Below are positions 1-12,952 of a stretch of DNA of 64,000 nt, piece after piece (within the stretch, counting starts at the first letter, position 1; each line of letters begins with the position of its first letter). Where the stretch lies: the NCBI RefSeq assembly GCF_030936135.1, contig NC_082594.1, positions 19,522,879-19,586,878 on the forward strand, given 5' to 3'. The DNA comes from Gavia stellata (taxonomy: Eukaryota). Position numbers and translations under genes: made by a program. The notes under the pieces are model-generated. The model worked only from the letters and a program-made list of their open reading frames with translations, did not search any database and was not told the DNA's origin.

Positions 1-514
1 CCTACCTTTGCACATGGCAAACAGAACTGGAAAACTGACACAGGTTACAAGTGTTTGTTTTTAAATACATGTCAGCTCCCTAGTCTAGTTCAGTTCCTCA
101 CCTGAATAAATTTGCGCTGCATGAGCACAAGCAAGGAGGGACCACTTCATTTGGATACACTGACAGCTTAAAGCAATCACAAGTACTGGGAGAAACACCT
201 AATCACAAAGGAAAGCAACTGTTTGTTTTACACTGTCTTTTATATTTTAAATATGTTCTCCAAAACAAGGGCTCCCATCACAGCGTATATTGATCAAGTT
301 AAAATTACAGTTGGCATTTTATAAAAACAGGATAGCATTCTTTCTACAGTAGCAGTCAACTTTCAGGCACTGAAGCAATGCAGCATCTATCTTTGACTGA
401 TCAAGTAGTCTTCAGATGAAAAACACTGAATACACTATCAGATTTTAACTGGATAATGAGATTAAATTCTTCAGCTTACTCAAAGTATGTCATATGCTTT
501 CTTTCTCAACTTAC

Positions 515-638
515 CAAGAACTGCTGTCTGGCCAGATACCATGCTAAGTAGCTTCTGCTGCTCTTCCATTAGCCTTTGAAGTTGCTCCATCTGTTGTTTC
601 TTTAGCTGTTCCTGTTTCTGTTGTTGCAATTCCTTCAG
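515..638 (-). CDS. CENPJ: CENPJ/CPAP internal coding exon (coiled-coil: [41 protein letters not shown])
   Basis: Minus-strand acceptor AG at 640-639 and donor CTTG|GTAAGT at 514-513. In phase with the upstream exon. The translation closely matches the recalled human CENPJ N-terminal coiled coil ([37 protein letters not shown]). Confidence 0.75.
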
Positions 639-2682
639 CTTTTCAAACAAAAAAATAAATGTGTTAGAGGCTAGGTTTACTTAGAATGTACCACAGGATT
701 AGTGTCATCAAGACAACAGGTATTTCTTGTTTTAAAGATGTTCCATTAGGTAAGTGTAACGTGAAGGAAATTAAGAATTTTTCTATCTATGAATACATGT
801 GCTATTTCCAGTTTGCCCAGTTAACAGTTCCACTAGTCTTTAATTGAATAACCTGCAAACAATAGGAATCAGAACACTAATTTCTAGTGCATGGGAAAAA
901 ACATTCAAATTCTGCTCTTTTAACATTAACTTCTACTATGATGTGTTTTTATTAAAATGCAAAATACTTCATAATAATTAAAGCTTTAGAAAAAGTGTGG
1001 GGTAGTGGTTTATTCCCCGCCCCCCCCGCCCCAAGATCTCAGTTACAGAGAACAGTACTGATACAAAGGACCAAGAGAGGGGAAAAAGAGCATCAGAGAA
1101 CATTAAGACTCAAAGCTGCCTGAAAAAAAGAATTAAAATACTCATTAAATGCAGTAATCCAGTCTTAATTTTCCGGTGTAGCAGAAATCCCTAGCCCTGC
1201 CTCAAGAGCCATATGAAGGCAGGACATTCTGTACCCTACTAAACTACAGCAATGGGTGGTGGGCCTCCATGTCCATCTCTCTATCTTTAGCACATACGTA
1301 TGTTCTAGTTCCAGCTCCTCCAAAGGAAGGGCAGGAGGCCTGATAAAATCCTTCCATAGATCAACAATAGGATCACACCTGTCACGAAACAGGTAAGAAA
1401 AAAATTTCCCTTGAATTTCCTTTGTAGTCCCTTAAAGTTCCAGTGAAAACAGAAGTAAAGCACCATGCAAGTAGAAGCTGCAAGCTAATGATGAAGATTG
1501 AAAGATCACCTAAGTCTCACCTCCAACCCCTTCACTGAATTTATTAAAGAAATCACAATTCTACGTGTTCCAATAATAATATCCTCAGAAAACCAAACTG
1601 AGAAAAAATCTCATACATCCAAAACTACATTTGCCACTACAAGCATCATATTTTTTTTTTTTTATATTAGATTGTCAGTAACTTTCTAAGACAGGAGACT
1701 TGTAATTCCTCTTAAGAGATCATTAAACAAGCCAGTATCTGTCATTTAGCCACTGTTTGATACTGCTGACAATACTGAAAAAGTGAATAAATAATTTCCT
1801 ATCATGTAAAATACAGAAGAAAACTTTTATAGCACCGGGTAAGTTGTGGAATTCTGCTCTAGAGAGACACACACACCCACCCCCTCTCCCTCTCTCCACT
1901 TGAGTGAACAGACATAGGGATTTGTGCTGAGGTAGCTCCTAGCAGAGTGGACAAGGCGGTAAGTGAGTTCTTAAACTTTAACAGCAAGATCTATAAAAGT
2001 GCCACTGAACACTTTCAGCTAACACAATTTATATCTAGTAATTGGGAAGAGCTACGAGCAAACATACAGCCGGTTACAGTGGATTAACTGACATGCTTGC
2101 GCTGAAAAAAAACCAGTAACATCACAGTGTTGTAATTCCAGGCCTTTTTGTCCTGATATCTTGGATACTTCATGACATTCAACAGGAACATCTCACTTCA
2201 TCTAAACAAAACCAGGTACATGGGCATACATATCTATTTTGAGAACTAACAGAACATGTTGCTATAGATACAAGAACATACAACTTCACCACAGATATTC
2301 ACAACACGGTGAAGTACTACCACTGTAATGACCAGGACCCCATTTCCACAGCTTCAAGTGGAGAAACAACGGAACGTTGTAAAACTGCATGCACCTTTCC
2401 AGGCAAAAAGATTTTGAGAACAAGTACACTGCCACTGATTGCAATTTCCTTTTAAACTGGAACTTGTGCCAGCTGGAAACCACAGAAGTTAGACTCTCAA
2501 TAACTGCAGGTCATGAGGAGGACACCAACTTTTATGTGCACATAACTGAGTTAGGACTTGCTCTTTAAGCTTGCTGTGTTCTATACGTTGAAAAGAGTTT
2601 GCTTACTTCCAGGTATGACAAATCATATGCAGGAACAAAATATATCTTAATGGATGTACGTCAAGGAATTTAGGACTTTTAC

Positions 2683-3060
2683 CTGTTCAAGCTTTTGTAA
2701 GAGTGGATCACTGTGATCAGATTTATTTTGACCATCCACTTCACCATGGACAAAGTCTGTTTTAGAGGCTTCAATGTTATATGCTGCTGCTGGAAAAGAT
2801 GTTTCAGTGGTATATTGCTGAAGTGTCCAAGAGCTGCCAGACTCTTCGCACAAGGAGTCATCACTTACAGAACAGCTGTCTGAAAGATGCAACACTTCAG
2901 CAGGGAAAGCTGTGATGTTTTCAGGTCCGGATAACAAATTTTCTTTGTTGATTTTCAAACCAGTAAAGCTAGGATCTAGTAAGACTCCAGCACGTGAACT
3001 ATCGGTCATCCAATGTGCAATGAAGTTTTGTTCACTATTCAGGTCTTCAACAGTTGGCAT
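2683..3060 (-). CDS. CENPJ: CENPJ/CPAP first coding exon with start codon (MPTVEDLNSEQNFIAHWMTDSSRAGVLL...DPLLQKLEQ)
   Basis: Sits inside minus ORF 2647..3099. ATG at 3060-3058 gives MPTVEDLNSEQNF, matching the recalled human start [31 protein letters not shown]. Donor CAG|GTAAAAGT lies at 2682-2681. An upstream in-frame ATG at 3099 is an alternative start; the exon's 5' acceptor lies somewhere in 3061-3110. Confidence 0.8.
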
Positions 3061-4289
3061 CTTGTAAATTGTATTCAAATTTATTTGCTGATGTAGCATT
3101 AACTTAACAATATTATGTTATGTAGCGTTAGGACAGTAAAACTTTCAAAGTTCCAGGTATTTCATATGGATGATTACCTACTAGAAATTAAGCAGATAAA
3201 CAAAATAAGAAAACTACAGTAACGCATTCCCAGTAAAAGGAAGTTACTCTCTTATAATCGACCTAGTGTATTTATAAAAATAAGTCACAATCTACTTTTC
3301 CCTTGGCGATAAAAACAATTTGGACAATGAGTAACAAACACTTTCTGTGCAGGAAGTCAACATAATCCAACTTTTAATCTTATTATTTATTTGAGTACAG
3401 TTAATATTATCTCAAATATTATAAAGCTCTGTATAATATTCTCTTCAGTAGTACAGAGAAGGATTCAGAATTTTTTTAAAGTGCCTGCAACAAAAGAAGA
3501 GAGGTGATTTGAGAAGTTGAAAGAGAGACTTCCCACACATGACCTTCATATTAATGCAAAGTTTCAAATGTGTCCATCTAAATACAAATATTTTACTGCA
3601 CATATTTCAATGCAACACTTATCATTTTCATCACTGCCTTAGTTTCTCATGGAAACTCTACAACCATGCTGCCTGCTAGCTTCTTCCTCTCAGCCAGCTT
3701 CTTCTTTTTAAATCCATCCAAAAAGAAGCTTGAAGACTGCAGAAGTTTCAGTGATAACCAAATTCCTACAAGTGTCATAAAACATGAATGAATTCAGGTA
3801 GGAGACCCGCAGTGACTTCCTCACTTAGGAAGAAAAAAAGAGACAGAACTGCTGCCAAAAGCCTGACCACTCAGCCCTGCTACCTCAAACTAGTCCCAGG
3901 GCAACTAACTCTTCTGCCGGTGCGTAAGGTGTGTGTGTCACAGGGAACACAGAGAAAGAAGGGGCCAGGGGACAAAGGACAGACAACCACAGCAGCCCAG
4001 GCTCAACAGTCCTGCTGATCAGGAGATAACTTCTTAAAGCTTCCTTGTTCCCAGGAGACCAGTTCATGCCAGCTCTCGCTTAATCAACCAAAGCTTGAAA
4101 CGGTAACTAGGAGAAACAGCAACCAGGAGAAACAGCAAAATTCCCTTAGAAAAATGTTTTTCAACTGCCGACTGTTCTGAGACGCCACTGGAAGTTCACA
4201 ACGAGGTACAGACTGCAGGGTTCACACGCTATTTTTCCTGTCACCTTTTGGAGACCCTTTAGAGGCACCCTGCCAGTTTAAAGCTTCCC

Positions 4290-5230
4290 TTAAAGTTCAC
4301 GGGCAGCAGCACCTTCATGCCAACCGAAAGAGATGGCAGGGCTGAGGCTGATCCGTCCCGGGGAGGCGAAGAGGGCCGAAGGGATCCCCCCCAAAGGTAG
4401 CCGGTGGGGAGACAAGCACAGCCACGCACCTCAGCCGAGCCGGGGGCCGAGCCCGGGGGCCTCCCTTCCCCCGCGGACACGGACACCGCCCCAGCCCGCG
4501 GCACCCTCACAGAGGACGTCCCAAGCGCGCCGCCGGCTGCTGCCGCTCCCCCGGCCCCAAGACACCCACACCGCGACAACTCCAACCCGCGGCCCCTCAC
4601 GGGTACCGGAAAGGCAACACCAGCACCGCTCCTCAGGCCGCTTCCGCAGCAACACTCCGCTCTAGCCGCCACCCCTCTCCTTCTAATACAAACCTGCCGC
4701 CATCGCACAGCCTCCCGGCGCCACAGGCTGGGCACCGCCCCAGCGCCGGGCATGCTGGGAGTTGTAGTCCCAAGCCACTGGCTTTCCCGCCCAGCTACGA
4801 GGCGGTTCTTCGGCGCTCGAACTACAGCTCCCAAGAGCCTCAGCGGCGAAAAGGCCGTTGCGGGGCGTCAACAGTGAAGTAGGGCGCCCGCAGTAGTAGC
4901 TGCTCCGGTTCCTGCCCGCGACTGTCAGGGGCGGGAAGTAGGCGGCGGGGATCTTTTTAGGCACCTGGGCCTGCCCCTTGCTCCTCAGGACGGCCCGCAG
5001 GTGGAGGCGGCTCCTGGGTCCTCCTCGCGTCGCCGCTGGTGGCCCTTTTGGGGGACGGGGTTTCTTTTCGGGCAGCTCTGCTCCTGAGAGGCGGAAGGCC
5101 GTATCGGCGCAGTGTTCTTCAGCAGCTGTCCCGGCATGGTGTGTGAGGAGATTCCTGTTCAGTGAGCTGTCCGCAAGCCTTTCGGGGCGTGGGGTTTTCT
5201 GCAGGGGTGAGGCTTTGGACTTCTAGTGTG
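4290..5230. promoter_or_regulatory. CpG island; probable bidirectional promoter for CENPJ (-) and PARP4 (+)
   Basis: Abrupt GC- and CpG-rich block in otherwise AT-rich DNA, without a TATA box. It lies between the CENPJ start exon (3060, minus) and PARP4 exon 2 (9834, plus). The spurious overlapping ORFs on both strands are typical of GC-rich sequence. Confidence 0.7.
4960..5205 (+). other. PARP4: Putative PARP4 non-coding exon 1 (5'UTR); donor CAGGG|GTGAGG at 5206
   Basis: No protein-like ORF is present. A good GTGAGG donor at the 3' edge of the CpG island pairs with the exon-2 acceptor at 9832-9833. The TSS cannot be placed from sequence alone. Confidence 0.3.
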
Positions 5231-5584
5231 CTTTTATTGCGGCTACTTATACCCTTTTAATCTTTAAAGAGCTGCAGTAAGGGAGGAACGGAAAGAGAAA
5301 TGGGCAAAAAGCATCCCCCAGCTTTCTGACATTTTGCGCTTTAGGCATGCTCGGTCTTACTGAGAGGAATTAGTGTTTTCCTCTAAACTTCAGTAAGTGG
5401 TAGAGCATTACACGCCAAACACTTGTGTGTGGTACGTCGCTGGCTGTGACCTGTTCTTGCAGCTGTTGTGAGCAGGTATGAAACCGAGCTCTAGGTTGTA
5501 TAAACCTAGGGCAGCCCTTTCAGTTGTCTACTACTAGTTTTAATTTCCGCTGTTAGTTTCTATAGTTCCACAGGGCTCCTTCTG

Positions 5585-5660
5585 CTAAACTTTTCATCAT
5601 CTGCACTAGCCTAAACTTTTCATCATCTGCACTAGCCTAAACTTTTCATCATCTGCACTA
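5585..5660. repeat. Tandem repeat, 26-bp unit (ctaaacttttcatcatctgcactagc) x ~2.9
   Basis: Three near-perfect head-to-tail copies are directly visible in PARP4 intron 1. Confidence 0.9.
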
Positions 5661-8600
5661 ACTAGGCTTTGCTAGTTATGAATATATTGTCTACGTGATT
5701 GTCCTCAGACTGGATTCTGCATTAACAGTGATAAGCTACTGTGCTAGAAAATATAAGGGTTTGTACTCATGCTTTTGTAAAGCATGGTATCATATTCAGT
5801 CCCTTTGACATCTGTAGGAGGAAAACACAGTAGAGGTTTGTTGTCAGTTTACCTGCGCACTGAAAGCCTTACAGGACTACTGATTATTTGTGGTTTTTTG
5901 TTGGATGATAAAAATTTATTTTTGGCTCCCTCTCTGTGCTAAAAATATAATCCATTGCTAACAATGGTGTTGAATTTGTGGTTTGATCATGAAGTACAAG
6001 CTCGTGTGCTTGTGTGAAATCCTTTTGAGGCTATTGGGGCCTTATGGATCTCCACCAGCATAAACTAAAATTGAAAGAATTAAACCAGTGATAATTGTCA
6101 GCAGTTCCACTTTGCATAACTTCTTTATCTGGTGCTGCAACAACACGGTATTCCAGTTATAAAAGTTTTTATCAACACACAGATTAAATACAATAGTTTC
6201 CTATTCTGATTTTGAATTTTGGAAATTTTGCTGTTTCAAAAGAGTAAAGCCAAACATGGCTAAAATTCCTGGAGAAGTTTGGTTCTCTAGGGAAATAGAA
6301 GAGAGGCTACTATTCAGTGGTATCATTCAGCAACAATGAAAGAGAATAAAATCTTCACTCAAGGGAGAGAAAAGCTGCTGGGGACAGACTTTGAACAGGT
6401 TTTAACTCAATTTCCTGCTCTCTGTCAGGTATTCCAAAGTTCAGTTGTGCTTTAACAGTGACAACTTACTCCTCCTTCTAAATGCAGCAAGGGTTATTGC
6501 CCCTTATTGTGCAGCAGACTGCACTTTGCTTGGTTTACTTATTTGACTGGGTTGCTGTCCCTTCGGGCATTTTACAGGGAGTTATGAGTGTGTCCTAGTC
6601 CTTCCTCCCTACAACACCCAGGCTCTCCAGTTGTATTTCACACTGTTGGGAAAGCAGGAAGATCCTTCCGGGAGGGCAGCTGCCTGAGCAGGTGAGTGTA
6701 AGTGATTCGGCTCCCTCAAAATCTAAAGAGAGGAGTGGGATCAGGGGTTATTTAATACCTCGTGCTGGGAACAGAGAAGGGGGCTGTCTTTGCAGACAGA
6801 CTTGGAGGAAATGAATCGTTCAAGTTTACGCATTCCTTTCTGCTGACCTGGCTGACCTATGGTTTATTTACAAATGAGTGCTCACAATAATTTTTTTCTC
6901 AGTTCTCAGCAGCTTGATTTTCATAAGCAAATGTAATATGAAATACTTTTGTGGAGTTTTGCACCACATGTAGCTACCAATTTCAGTTCCTTCTGGTGTT
7001 TTCCAGATGAGATATGGATGTATGGGCAGGGCTGATGCTTGCAATTGGTTGTATGTATTTCATTGCCTTCCAATAAACTTTTTGTTTTGGCTGTTTGAAT
7101 AGAGTTCATTATTTCCTGAGGGGACAACTTCTGGTGATACTTTAGCAGTATCCAGAATCTGCTTTAGAGGCTATATTGAGAAAACTAGTGCACACAGAGC
7201 TCTAGTGAAGAGGGAGGCAGAGCCCACACCTATACTATGGTTATTAAAGGAAGCCTTTGGCAGTGACATGTTTGCCCTCAAATTAATCTATCTTGTTTAT
7301 AACAAGATTCAAAATCAAGCTGATAAAAGCAGCTTAAAATAAGACTTTATACCATGAAGTAGAGCTTCTTAAAGGTACAGTTTCCCACAGAGCCAAGTTA
7401 TAGCAAAGCTGCATTGTAAAAGATTTTTATCACCTCAGATAACAAAGTATCTTGTGAAAACCTCTTAGTTAAAATACAGAGACTTGGTTTTTTGTGTGAG
7501 CAGAGAGTACTTTTATGCCAAAAGCACTGCTAATGCCATAAAAAACAAAAACGAGCCACAGAATATAGGTATATAATGACCTCATGTGCCCTTTGATCTG
7601 TTGTCTGCCTGACCTAAATGCACATATTACCATTACAGAGTTGCCAGTTCTATCAGGTGTATAGTGCAGTAAATGATTTGGGCCCTTCCTACAGGTTACC
7701 TTTCTGAGATAAAATTATACAGACATTTATAAAATTGTGTCCGATAGTGCTGATTTTCCGGGTTTTCATGAAACCCCAAATTCAAATGAATTATGTTGCT
7801 CTCTCTCCTTGACTAACTACTTCTTGTTTTTTAGCTAGTAATTTAAGTTATTCCATGGTAGCTGGCCATCTGATTCCTTTTGTACTGTACTGAAGAACAA
7901 CTTTACTTGCATACATTGAAAATCAAATAGGCCATAGAGTAAGAAAATAAACACATTCCTTAAACGTGGTATAGGTAACATACTCTAAATCTCACCCTAA
8001 AATTACCTCAGGCTAATATGTTTTTGTTGGGTTTTTTTAATCTGAAACCTTATCCTAATCATCTGCTCTAGACTTGGGTCCTTGATAAATTAATCAAACA
8101 ATATTCTTATATTAAATTGCGAAGTGCTGTTGTCAGTGCCATTTAAACATTTCCTCTGCATTGTTACTGTCTCTTGGTTTATTCTCCTTCCACACTACAG
8201 TGGAATCTTTCTGCAGGGTTGATGTAAAGATTTTGTTGACCTTGTAAAGGCTTTGGTGCAATTTGACCAATACTGATTTTTAAACCAGAAGAACCTATAG
8301 GGTAATTAATTTTTTTGGGTTTAGTCCTAAGAAATTGGTAAAGAAACTGTTCTAATAAATGTTTCCTCTTTTGCACTTTCATAGTGCAGAACAATGTGAA
8401 TTGGTAAATGAATGCAAGTAGTTCAAACAGCATCTGCTTTCCTTTTTGCAGTCATTAATGTAGATGTTTATTTACAGAAGCAGGAGGATAGAAACTTAGT
8501 CAGAATTTGCAGTCTATGTGGGAGCTCTCATTAAGTTGGAGAAAGGTCATTTTTGCTCTGAATCCCCTCCCCAAGAGAGAGGGCACTTAATATCAGACAT

Positions 8601-9840
8601 TTTTTGGCTAACGCAAGAACTGCTTTCCTTTCACGTCTTTACTTTTGAACAAGCAATTTCTTATTTGTTCTGTCTCATTCTGTGAGTCCAGGATGAATTT
8701 GGAGGGGCCAAGTATTCTAGAGTGTCGGTGTTGTCCAGTTATCTCACAAATAAAATAATTTGGCCTTAAGTCACTGTAGAAAATTTACATCGTAAAGTAG
8801 CTTTTCCAGAAATACAAATAGATAAAAGTAAAAACAAAGTTTGCCAGTGATAGTGATATTAACCCTCTGAGTGAAATATGGACATGATGTACTGGGATCC
8901 AAAGAATCATTGTTGAAAAGAATTTATGACCTGAATATTTTGTTTTACAAATGTATGTTCTCTTCATGCTAGTTACTGTAGTGTTAGCAGTGTGTCTGCA
9001 TTAGCAGTTTGGCTTGGAGCAGTGATGCAATTTTAAGCCAAAATTTTTGCTTGTCAGGAGCTGCCTTATGTTGATTAAGTTCTCAAAGTGGTTTTGAGGT
9101 GTACCCTCTGAATGCTTGTCAGAGAAAACTGAACTGGGTGCTGTGCTTCAAATAAGCTCCCCTACCTCTCCATCACTTACCCTGCTACACTACTCCTTTT
9201 TGTAAATCTTTGCCATAGGCCAGAGTGTGAATTCAATCAGAAAACAGATCTGGATTAAAACTATTTTTTTGGGATTTTATTGTTGCTGCTGTTGTTGTTG
9301 TTGGAGGTGGGGGTGTTGCTGTGTTGGGTTTAATCTGGATCAGTTTTCCAAAGTTCTTTTTAAATGTTGTGGGATGAGGTTTTTTTTATATTTACAGAGT
9401 ATAAATCACTGAGTGGGAACATGAAAAGCAGTTTACATTCTTGAAAAAGAGAGTTATTTTATAATGATACAGTGTGAAAGGGGAACTGAAAGAGGGGTTG
9501 TTCCAGTCTAAATTAAGATAATTCCACATTACTAACAGTGGGTATTAGCAGCAAGAGATCAAGACAAGAGTTTGGCACTTAGTTCAAGCCATGACTTTAC
9601 TGAAAATGTAGGTCATACTAAATTTTCCACATAATTTAAAAAAAAATTAATAAAACTAATTAAGAGATGTTCTGGGTGGATTTGATTACCATGCTAATAA
9701 AATGGGATTTGTTTTGGAACCTCCAAGAGTTGCAAAGAATATATTTGGTGAGAGACTACTTAGGTGGATCGTGAGAATGAAAGTTTTCTAAGCAAAAAAC
9801 AAACAAAAAAAAAATTCTTTTCTCTTTTAACAGGAGGGCA

Positions 9841-9966
9841 ATGGCAATCTTTGAAAACTGTGTGTTCTTTATTAAAGTGAAATACTTACCCATTCAGGAG
9901 AAGAGCAGGCTGAAAGCGTCCATAAAAGAAAATGGTGGAGTAGTTAATTTTGTGCTTAATCACAAG
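9841..9966 (+). CDS. PARP4: PARP4 exon 2 (exon 9834-9966; ATG at 9841), BRCT domain N-terminus
   Basis: Acceptor tctcttttaacag at 9831-33 and donor AAG|GTAAGT at 9967. Encodes MAIFENCVFFIKVKYLPIQEKSRLKASIKENGGVVNFVLNHK, matching the recalled human PARP4 N-terminus MVMGIFANCIFCLKVKYLPQQQKKKLQTDIKENGG. Confidence 0.85.
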
Positions 9967-10689
9967 GTAAGTTCCAGATTTAGTTCTGAGATCTCAGTAG
10001 GAAAATATCAAGTGGTGCAAGTGTTGTAGAGTGTTAATCTTGCCTCATGTAGAGTAATAAGAACTGTAGAGGTTATGTCTCTTTTAAATAATTAAACGGA
10101 AATACTCAGTTTACATTTTTAATGCATCTGGCTCTGTAGTACTGAAATGTCACATAAAAAATTAAAAGCAATATTCTCCCTCCATAAATGAACCAAGGAG
10201 GTTTTATTCCTGGATAAAATTGCCATGCTGTTTTTCTTCTCTCATTGTCAGAGAGGGGAAACTCTGAATGAGATGCATCACTGAATTGCATTTTGGTTAT
10301 GTTATTGTTCATGCAAGCATTTGATTACAGAGTGAGGAAAAGATGGTTGTAGAGTTAGAAGTTTGTGATACTGCAGTTTTTTATTAGTAGATGTTGAATA
10401 CGCAGCATGGATAAATCAAAGAGCCTGTTTGCATGATATGCACAGCAATGAAATCAGTGGGCTGCATCTATACTGGTTCATTACACGCCTAGGAATGCTC
10501 TCTGGGACTGTGGCCAGCTGGCATGGCTTGGCCCACACCTATACTAGTGAATTCTCTTGGTCCTCAGGACTGAGTGTTCATACCCAGACTGCCTAATGGG
10601 AAAGGTCACGGTGATGTTCTGTCTCCCAAACTATGCCTGGAAACTGGGAGGATGTGAGTTGGCAGAAGCTTGAAGTGTGCCGAGGAACA

Positions 10690-10835
10690 TGCTAATGCCT
10701 TAACAATATAAGTATTATAAGTAATACTTACATTAGTAATATAATTATACTTACACCTTATAACTTATATTAGTAATAAGTAATATAAAAGTAATACTTA
10801 TATAAGTAATATAAGTATTCACGTGTCAGTGACAG
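10690..10835. repeat. Complex microsatellite built from AGTAATA/TATAAGTAAT units
   Basis: Directly visible repeated 7-12-mers in PARP4 intron 2. Confidence 0.75.
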
Positions 10836-12599
10836 GGACTTATCTAACTTAATAGTGAAGGCATAATACCTTGTTACTTCTGCCACTTCAAAGTGACATT
10901 TATTTCCTCCTTCCCATAGCTAGCAATTACGGCAAGGTGATAAATATTGTCATATTAGAGTGCTAACTTCCACCTCGGGGAGAAGGTAATGCATTGTATT
11001 ATGATTTCAGTTTTTTGGTTTCTCTATATACAGTTTTTTAACAACTTCTTTGAGAAGAGTATGATTAAGTGAGTTAATTTCTCCCTGTCACTCTTGTGTA
11101 ATATTTCCTAATATAGCATTGCGTGAGTTACTTTAAATCCTGCTGCTATATATAGTTCCCATAGGATAGGTGATTGTAAATTTACAAACAACAAAAATTG
11201 TATACATTGTTCTTAAGAGTCTGCAGTTTAAATTGTGCATAACATAAGGTGTTGACATTGAAGGAAAAAGACAGGAATGTGTGAAGAAAAGGAATATTGT
11301 AGATACATTATCATCTTGTTCAGAGCTCAGCAGTTTCCTGGTGACTCTGACAACGCACATCCGTTGGAGAGGAAGTGAAGAATTGAAGAATAACATACCA
11401 AGGTCTAGCAAGAGTATTCCAAAGATGTGACAGATTTCTTTGTGCTGTAAATTCAGGATCTTCCAAGATGTGTTGACACACAAACTGCTGTTCTCCAGAT
11501 ATGATTTGGGGAAAAAAGTCAAGGAAATTGCCTCGTTAAAAACAATAAACTTTAAAAAAAGCTTTGCTAAAAAAAGTTAATTATTGAAAACAGCAAATTA
11601 ACTAAGAGTTAATGCAGTACAAATATGTATTAATTTTAATCTGTGTTTTGAATTATCTTTATAAATACAGTGGGAAGAGAGATATTTCGATACCTAAATT
11701 TTGTGAGCTGTAGGATGCTGAAAACAGCTAACAAGTGGCCAACCTGTTCAGGGTAAATCTTACCCAAGGTTCAGAAGTTACGTTATGATTAAAAAGTGTC
11801 TCATCTATCTCCAAATGAGAATCTCAGAACAGGTCGGGGCTCAGTGCTGCTGTATCAGGGAAGAGCTCTTGTTTTTTAAAGCTGGGCTTTTGTCATATGT
11901 GACAAATAAAAGTACATGCATTTATCATCCTGTTTCTGAGTAAAGTAGATATAATTTCATTCTGATGTAATAACCTTTTGTTTATCTGTGACCATCAGTT
12001 CTTGCATGCTTAATGTCAACTGTTAGAGGTGCAAAATCTGCTGCCTCTTGCATATGACCATTTTATTTTATTTGACTTCTCTAAATGTTTTTATTTTGTC
12101 CTAACCACGCAGAAAGTTTTAACTTTCAGCACATATATGATTCCAGTAAAACAATGTGTGATTCTTTATAAGGCTACCAAAGCATATTATGATTATTCAT
12201 CATTCTGCTCAGCTTTTTTTTTTTTAACACTCTTACCCCATGAGTGTTTGTACCATGTTGGCCACAACAAAACTTGTCCCGTTATTAGACCTCCTGTGTG
12301 CAGCTAAAAGCTCTACAGAAAATTAGGCACCTGGTCACCTTCATATCTTTGTAGTCCCCTTTGTATAAGGGGACACACTCTGAAGATACCCATATTTTAG
12401 TTGATCTGAACTGTCACCTGAAAGAGTCCTGCTCTCTCTGCTGTCTGTGGATGAAGTGCAGAGGTACCATGTTTCTAAATTAGATGTTTCAATTAAAATA
12501 CGGTCCAAAAAGGTTGTCTGTTTTTAAGTGTTTCTTTTGGACTCTAGGATTGTACCAGTGTGAATTGCAAATAAACAGTATTTAGATTAATAATTTGGA

Positions 12600-12712
12600 T
12601 CAATGCAATCTGCTCTAGGTAAACCTGCTGTGGCGGGGGGGGGGGGGGGTTGGACTAGATGATCTCCAGAGGTCCCTTCCAACCCCTATCGTTCTGTGAT
12701 TCTGTAATATTG
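12600..12712 (+). mobile_element. CR1 LINE 3'-terminal fragment
   Basis: Shows the ...caatctgctctaggtaaacctgctgtggc(G13)ttggactagatgatctccagaggtcccttccaacccctatcgttctgtgattctgtaa hairpin plus the (ATTCTRTG) octamer tail that define CR1 3' ends. Confidence 0.85.
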
Positions 12713-12756
12713 TAGTTACATGTGCGTAACAACTGTAATTGCAACCTGTCTTTCAG

Positions 12757-12952
12757 AGTACACATGTTCTTGTGGATACTGCTGATGTCCTCAGCTGTTG
12801 TGATGTAAAAAATATTCAGAAGTATCAGCTCCCTGTTTTATGTGCAGATTTTGTTTGGAAATCAATTGAAAAGGGGAAGCTTTTACAGATTGAAGCATAT
12901 AAGATTAATAAATCACAAGACAACACTTCTGACCAAAGGCCTGACAGACAGG
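12757..12952 (+). CDS. PARP4: PARP4 exon 3 (BRCT domain)
   Basis: Acceptor tttcag at 12756 and donor CAGG|GTAGGT at 12953. Encodes STHVLVDTADVLS...DFVWKSIEKGKLL, matching human CTHIILDNADVLS...DFIWKSIREKRLL. Phase 0 in, phase 1 out. Confidence 0.85.

Noticed and set aside
4259-5226. Long overlapping ORFs on both strands (191, 157, 110, 93, 82 aa) in the first CpG island
   Set aside because: Gly/Ala/Pro/Arg-rich translations are typical of GC-rich promoter DNA with few stop codons. There is no protein-like composition or splice context, so these are artefacts of base composition.
12636-12650. 13-nt poly-G run
   Set aside because: Part of a CR1 3' tail fragment. It is most likely a homopolymer of no function, and possibly a sequencing or assembly artefact in length.
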